This document shows, piece by piece, positions 14,682-18,578 of a stretch of 18,578 nt of DNA. Each line of letters starts with the position of its first letter. Position 1 is the stretch's first letter. The position numbers and the translations under genes are program-made. The DNA comes from a virus. Lineage: Duplodnaviria; Heunggongvirae; Uroviricota; Caudoviricetes. Location of the stretch: IMG/VR virus record IMGVR_UViG_2778261535_000010; one strand, 5' to 3'. The notes beneath the pieces were generated by a model that saw only the letters and a list, made by a program, of their open reading frames with translations, searched no databases and was not told the origin of the DNA.

Positions 14682-16406
14682 ATGAAACCAATTAAACGCC
14701 TGTACCTTTCCTCTGATCCGGTCCATCTGATTGACTGCAATATCGTGCTGGAGCTGAACGCGTGCGGTCGGGGGTTTATTACGGCGGGGACCGAGACAGA
14801 TTACACCGGTAAAATAGTGCGTATCGATGTTGGTTATGATGGTCTGGTCCTGCGCTGGTTTACCGGGTATGTCGAGCGGTCACAGCCTGCTGATAATGGA
14901 ACATGCCGGTTGTTCGTGCGTGAGCTGGTAGGCATCTTTGATAAATTGTGGCCGTGTTCTTTCCAGCATCCAACGCTGCGCCAGATTACTGACTGGATAA
15001 GTGAGCAAAGCGGGCTGGCCGTCACAACGCCGGTCGGCGCTGCTTATGCAGATAAACCGATCCCCCACTTTACGCACAGCGGCACGGGCTATCAGCTTCT
15101 TGCCATTCTGGGCCGCGCATTTTCAGTGACGGATTATCTCTGGTATCAGCTGCCGGACGGGGATGTCTTCGTCGGCGCTGCGGATCACAGTCTTTTTGCG
15201 GGTAAACCAGTGGAGATCCCGCACGAATTTAGTCAGGCATCGGCAGGCGGTAATTCAATGGTTGTGCCGATGATTCAGAGCCTGCGCCCCGGCGTTGACG
15301 TCAACGGCCATCGGCTAAACCAGGTCCGGCTAAATAACGACGATATGGCAATCACCTGGCAGCCACGCAGCAAAGCCAACGGCCAGCCATTGCAAAAATC
15401 ACCGATTCAGCGGCAGATTGAAAACGCATTCCCGGAGCTGGCAAGCGGCCTGCATCTTCCAAAGTTCGCCAGAGTGGAAGCACCAAGCGAGGATGTATCA
15501 GGGGGGAATATTGCCGATCCATTCCGCCCGCGCTATGCCGTGGATCTCCAGCTGCTTGACGAAGACGGCAAGCCAGCCGCAAATACGCCGGTTTATTCTG
15601 CCGTTCCGCTACCTGTACCAATGGCGGGGAGCGAGTCGGGAATGTTCCAGTTTCCGCCCCCTGGCACGCTGGTTGAAGTCGGGTTCACGGAGGGGCGGCA
15701 GGATAAGCCCTTTGTGCGCCAGATTATGGCGGAGGGGCATAACCTGCCAGCGGTTAAACCCGGCGAGCAATTGCAGCAACAGCGCGATGGTGTATCGCAG
15801 CGCGTGACGGTTGCCGGAGACTGGGAACGCCAGACGGACCAGACAATTCGCGAAAACTCCATGACTCGCGAAGTCACCACCGACGAAGAGATCCGCAAAG
15901 TGGTTGTCCGTGAAACTACGGTCCAGGCAACAGATAAAACAACCGTGCTGGGCACGGCCACACTTCTGGCCGGGGCGGTGGTCCATATCAGCGAGGGTGA
16001 TTACAGTATTGGCACATCCGGCAACCTGACAGTAACCTGCAGCAAGGACAATTCCGTCAGTGTTGGCCGGAACGTGAAACGGGACGTCGCGGGCAATGTT
16101 ACAGACGACGTGAAAGGGAATGTCACGTCAAACGTCAGCGGCGCACTGACTGAAAAAATCAGCGGCATCCGCCGAAGTGTGGCCCAGGCGCAACAGTTGA
16201 TTGCCCCGGTGGTAAAACTGGGAAGCGAAGAGATTAACGTCCTGACACTACTCACTGACACCCTGGACGTGGTGAGGGTGCTGGCAGAGACTGCCGCATC
16301 ACATACTCACCCCAATACGGGGACCAGCGGGCAGGCTGCGCAGTTCACCGCAACGGCCACTAAAACCGGTACATTGAAAAGCAAATACGGCCCCCTGATA
16401 GCCTGA
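14682..16406 (+). CDS. baseplate hub/central spike protein (VgrG-like architecture; gpV-like C-terminus, possibly fused to a gpD-like N-terminus)
   Basis: 574 aa. The C-terminal region has octapeptide V-x-G repeats (DVAGNVTD / DVKGNVTS / NVSGALTE / KISGIRRS) visible as 24-nt periodicity around 16057-16170, and an H-x-H motif (SHTHP, about 16301-16309) like spike apex iron sites. It is the last gene before att, as gpD is in P2. Confidence 0.55.
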   Translation: MKPIKRLYLSSDPVHLIDCNIVLELNACGRGFITAGTETDYTGKIVRIDVGYDGLVLRWFTGYVERSQPADNGTCRLFVRELVGIFDKLWPCSFQHPTLRQITDWISEQSGLAVTTPVGAAYADKPIPHFTHSGTGYQLLAILGRAFSVTDYLWYQLPDGDVFVGAADHSLFAGKPVEIPHEFSQASAGGNSMVVPMIQSLRPGVDVNGHRLNQVRLNNDDMAITWQPRSKANGQPLQKSPIQRQIENAFPELASGLHLPKFARVEAPSEDVSGGNIADPFRPRYAVDLQLLDEDGKPAANTPVYSAVPLPVPMAGSESGMFQFPPPGTLVEVGFTEGRQDKPFVRQIMAEGHNLPAVKPGEQLQQQRDGVSQRVTVAGDWERQTDQTIRENSMTREVTTDEEIRKVVVRETTVQATDKTTVLGTATLLAGAVVHISEGDYSIGTSGNLTVTCSKDNSVSVGRNVKRDVAGNVTDDVKGNVTSNVSGALTEKISGIRRSVAQAQQLIAPVVKLGSEEINVLTLLTDTLDVVRVLAETAASHTHPNTGTSGQAAQFTATATKTGTLKSKYGPLIA

Positions 16407-16477
16407 CAAAAAGCGGCATAACCGCACACATCACCAGACACCACAGAACGCGCCACAGCAGGCGCAAATATTAAAGG

Positions 16478-16515
16478 TCGCCAACGTGCGGCCTTTCGTT
16501 CGTTCGTTCAACAGC
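16478..16515 (+). terminator. putative intrinsic terminator of the late operon
   Basis: GGUCGC/GCGGCC stem (one G-U pair) with a 6-nt loop, followed by the U-rich UUUCGUUCGUUCGUU, about 70 nt after the hub/spike stop. Confidence 0.35.
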
Positions 16516-16952
16516 GGCCCACAGCGTAAGCGACAGCAGGCAGACGGAAGCGGATCCAGGACGGAAACGGCGCTACACCGCACCCGCCTGCGCAGTTTGG
16601 ATCATAAAAATTTTGCAAAAGAAATTTTGCGCAAAGCACCCCGCCAGCCTGCGCCGCTGATGGGATTTTGCATCCTGCGGGCGTTTGCACGCTGCGCAAA
16701 GATTTGCAGCACTTTGCAAAAGTCACCGCGCAGTCAGTCGCTAACTGACTGGATAACATGATGTTTTTAAAAGGATCGTTTTGGTTTTCGTGACGATCAA
16801 AATGATTCGGTGGCATCCGGTAGTTTTCGGACGCGGATATCGTGAAGCCTTGCGCGGCGCGGGCTGGCGGCAGGTTTGCTTTGATTTGGGTTTTGCAAAA
16901 TGATGCACGAAGATTTGATAAAAGAATCTACAGCGAAGGGGGGGGAAGTATT

Positions 16953-16984
16953 AAAAAACCCCGTTTTGTGGACGGGGTTTGTTT
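16953..16984. terminator. bidirectional hairpin terminator
   Basis: CCCCGT (16959-16964) and ACGGGG (16972-16977) form a 6-bp stem with a 7-nt loop, flanked by AAAAAA on the 5' side and TTTGTTT on the 3' side. On the minus strand it is followed by six U. Confidence 0.45.
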
Positions 16985-17005
16985 GATGTGGTCAATGTGT
17001 GGACG
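16967..17005 (+). promoter_or_regulatory. candidate arm-type integrase binding sites (three direct repeats)
   Basis: TGTGGACG at 16967-16974, TGTGGTCA at 16987-16994 and TGTGGACG at 16998-17005, within 80 bp of the att core. They resemble the P2 Int arm-site consensus (TGTGGACA) as I recall it. Confidence 0.45.
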
Positions 17006-17045
17006 TTGTAAGAAATAAATCCATTTATTTCAGTAGATTACAGGC

Positions 17046-17072
17046 AAAAAATAAGCCCGTGTAAGGGAGATT
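17046..17072. other. P2-type attachment site core (prophage-host junction, attR or attL)
   Basis: AAAAAATAAGCCCGTGTAAGGGAGATT matches the 27-bp P2 att core from memory. It coincides with the 3' terminator half of cyaR. Phage-type sequence lies to the left and host genes to the right. Confidence 0.65.
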
Positions 17073-17132
17073 ACACAGGCTAAGGAGGTGGTTCCTGGTA
17101 CAGCTAGCATTTTATGGGTTATGTTTTTCAGC
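17046..17132 (-). ncRNA. cyaR: CyaR (RyeE) Hfq-dependent small RNA
   Basis: The reverse complement reads GCTGAAAAACATAACCCATAAAATGCTAGCTGTACCAGGAACCACCTCCTTAGCCTGTGTAATCTCCCTTACACGGGCTTATTTTTT, matching the E. coli CyaR sequence as I recall it, including the terminator hairpin and U tail. It lies downstream of yegQ as in E. coli. Confidence 0.85.
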
Positions 17133-17139
17133 GAAACGG

Positions 17140-17182
17140 ATGATAACCTTAATAAATGCAGCTGTATGTGATCGGTTTCTAA
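17140..17182 (-). promoter_or_regulatory. cyaR promoter with class II-type CRP site
   Basis: On the minus strand, a TATCAT -10 hexamer (17140-17145) sits about 7 nt upstream of the CyaR 5' end. A CRP-like site TTAGAaaccgaTCACA (17167-17182) is centred near -42. cyaR is known to be CRP-activated. Confidence 0.5.
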
Positions 17183-17216
17183 GAATTTTCCATCCGGGAA
17201 AAATAATCGAAATTAA

Positions 17217-18578
17217 TCACTTACCGTGGGGGTTACGCGTGGTTTCCCCGGAGAAATTACGCATCAGCAGCGCGTAATTTAGCTCAAGATCCTGCGGCAC
17301 CGGGATCCACACAGTATAACCATCGCCTGGTGCGACCGGCATAGCTTCACCTTTGGCGTTTTCCATATGCTCAAGGGTAAAGTTAATGTTGCCTTGCGGC
17401 GTCATCAGCTCAAGGCTGTCGCCAACGGAGAATTTATTTTTCACCGCTACCGCCGCGAGGTCGCCCTTGCGCTCACCGGTAAACTCACCAACAAACTGCT
17501 GGCGGTCAGAAACTGAATAACCGTATTCGTAGTTCTGATAATCGTCGTGAGTATGACGACGCAGGAAACCTTCGGTATAGCCACGATGCGCCAGACCTTC
17601 CAGAGTTTCCAGCAGGCTGGTATCGAATGGTTTGCCCGCAGCGGCATCATCGATAGCTTTACGATAAACCTGTGCGGTGCGTGCGCAATAGTAGAAAGAT
17701 TTGGTACGGCCTTCGATTTTCAGCGAATGCACGCCCATTTTGGTCAGGCGTTCTACATGGGCGATGGCGCGCAGATCTTTCGAGTTCATGATGTAAGTGC
17801 CGTGCTCATCTTCAAACGCGGTCATATACTCGCCCGGACGCTGGGCTTCTTCGATCATAAACACTTTGTCAGTTGGTGCGCCGATACCCAGCGTCGGCTC
17901 AACATTTTGCACCGGAATCGGCTCGTACTTGTGTACGATGTTGCCAACGTCATCTTCTTTCCCTTCCTGGACGTTGTACTCCCAGCGGCAGGCGTTGGTG
18001 CAGGTGCCCTGATTCGGATCGCGCTTGTTGATGTAGCCAGAGAGCAGGCAGCGACCAGAGTAGGCCATACACAGCGCGCCGTGAACGAAGATCTCTACCT
18101 CCATATCCGGCACCTGATTGCGGATCTCTTCAATCTCTTCCAGCGACAGCTCGCGAGAGAGGATCACGCGGGTCAGGCCCATTTGCTGCCAGAATTTCAC
18201 CGTCGCCCAGTTCACGGCGTTAGCCTGTACCGAGAGATGGATCGGCATTTCAGGGAAGTGCTCACGCACCAGCATAATCAGCCCTGGATCGGACATAATC
18301 AGCGCATCCGGCCCCATTTCCACCACCGGTTTCAGGTCACGGATAAAGGTTTTCAGCTTGGCGTTGTGCGGTGCAATGTTGACCACGACATAAAACTTTT
18401 TCCCCAGCGCATGGGCTTCATTAATGCCGAGCTGAAGATTTTCGTGGTTGAATTCGTTGTTGCGCACACGCAGGGAGTAACGCGGCTGGCCCGCATAAAC
18501 AGCATCTGCGCCATAAGCGAAAGCGTAACGCATATTTTTCAGCGTTCCCGCCGGGGAAAGGAGTTCCGGTTTAAACAT
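17217..18578 (-). CDS. yegQ: peptidase U32 family protein YegQ (tRNA hydroxylation protein TrhP)
   Basis: Complete 453-aa ORF; the window ends exactly at its start codon. MFKPELLSPAGTLKNMRYAFAYGADAVYAGQPRYSLRV... matches E. coli YegQ as I recall it. Has the conserved neighbourhood with cyaR. Confidence 0.85.
   Translation of the reverse strand: MFKPELLSPAGTLKNMRYAFAYGADAVYAGQPRYSLRVRNNEFNHENLQLGINEAHALGKKFYVVVNIAPHNAKLKTFIRDLKPVVEMGPDALIMSDPGLIMLVREHFPEMPIHLSVQANAVNWATVKFWQQMGLTRVILSRELSLEEIEEIRNQVPDMEVEIFVHGALCMAYSGRCLLSGYINKRDPNQGTCTNACRWEYNVQEGKEDDVGNIVHKYEPIPVQNVEPTLGIGAPTDKVFMIEEAQRPGEYMTAFEDEHGTYIMNSKDLRAIAHVERLTKMGVHSLKIEGRTKSFYYCARTAQVYRKAIDDAAAGKPFDTSLLETLEGLAHRGYTEGFLRRHTHDDYQNYEYGYSVSDRQQFVGEFTGERKGDLAAVAVKNKFSVGDSLELMTPQGNINFTLEHMENAKGEAMPVAPGDGYTVWIPVPQDLELNYALLMRNFSGETTRNPHGK

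Larger units (their letters stand above)
1..17072 (+). mobile_element. P2-like prophage, int-distal (late gene) portion; left boundary lies outside the window, right boundary at the att core
   Basis: Contiguous P2-type head genes (O, N, M, L homologs), contractile tail genes and lysis genes in one orientation, ending at a P2-type att core that overlaps the cyaR 3' end. Host genes begin immediately afterwards. Confidence 0.85.

Noticed and set aside
16501-16516. Short (TTCG)n-like microsatellite tttcgttcgttcgttc
   Set aside because: Only about three units; better explained as the U-rich tract of the putative late-operon terminator.
16486-16816. Plus-strand 91-aa ORF (16486-16761) and minus-strand 102-aa Cys-rich ORF (16508-16816) in the att-proximal arm, considered as a possible ogr-like zinc-finger activator or cargo gene
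   Set aside because: The two ORFs overlap each other and are built from the TTTGCAAA repeat motifs. Neither has a convincing RBS, and the Cys spacing does not match the Ogr/Delta C-x2-C...C-x4-C pattern. More likely non-coding.
1-18578. Discrete defence or anti-defence operon, toxin-antitoxin pair, integrase, tRNA or CRISPR array
   Set aside because: I found no ORF with nuclease, ATPase, reverse transcriptase, methyltransferase or toxin-like motifs. Every ORF outside the host flank fits a virion or lysis role or is unassigned but tightly embedded in the structural operon. The integrase end of the prophage is outside this window.

Overview
The window holds about 17 kb of the late (structural and lysis) region of an integrated P2-like myovirus prophage, followed by its junction with an Escherichia-like enterobacterial chromosome. 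From 1 to 16406 a single densely packed plus-strand operon encodes: capsid scaffold (5' truncated by the window edge), major capsid protein, terminase small subunit, head completion protein, two tail completion proteins, sheath, tube, a lysis cassette (holin, M15 endolysin, overlapping Rz/Rz1 spanins), a tail assembly chaperone with a -1 frameshift extension, tape measure protein, baseplate wedge proteins, a repeat-containing tail fiber, an AT-rich tail fiber assembly protein, two unassigned proteins and a large hub/spike protein. A roughly 640 bp non-coding stretch with repeat motifs then leads to a 27 bp sequence matching my recollection of the P2 att core at 17046-17072. That core is the 3' end of the host sRNA gene cyaR (minus strand), which is followed by yegQ/trhP (minus strand, complete). 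No integrase, repressor, ogr-like activator, tRNA, CRISPR array or recognisable defence operon is visible. The most unusual points are the gene order (lysis cassette splitting the tail module), the apparent hub-spike fusion next to att, the unassigned ORFs after the fiber module, and the repeat-rich att-proximal arm. All protein assignments are from reading translations and synteny; no database search was run.
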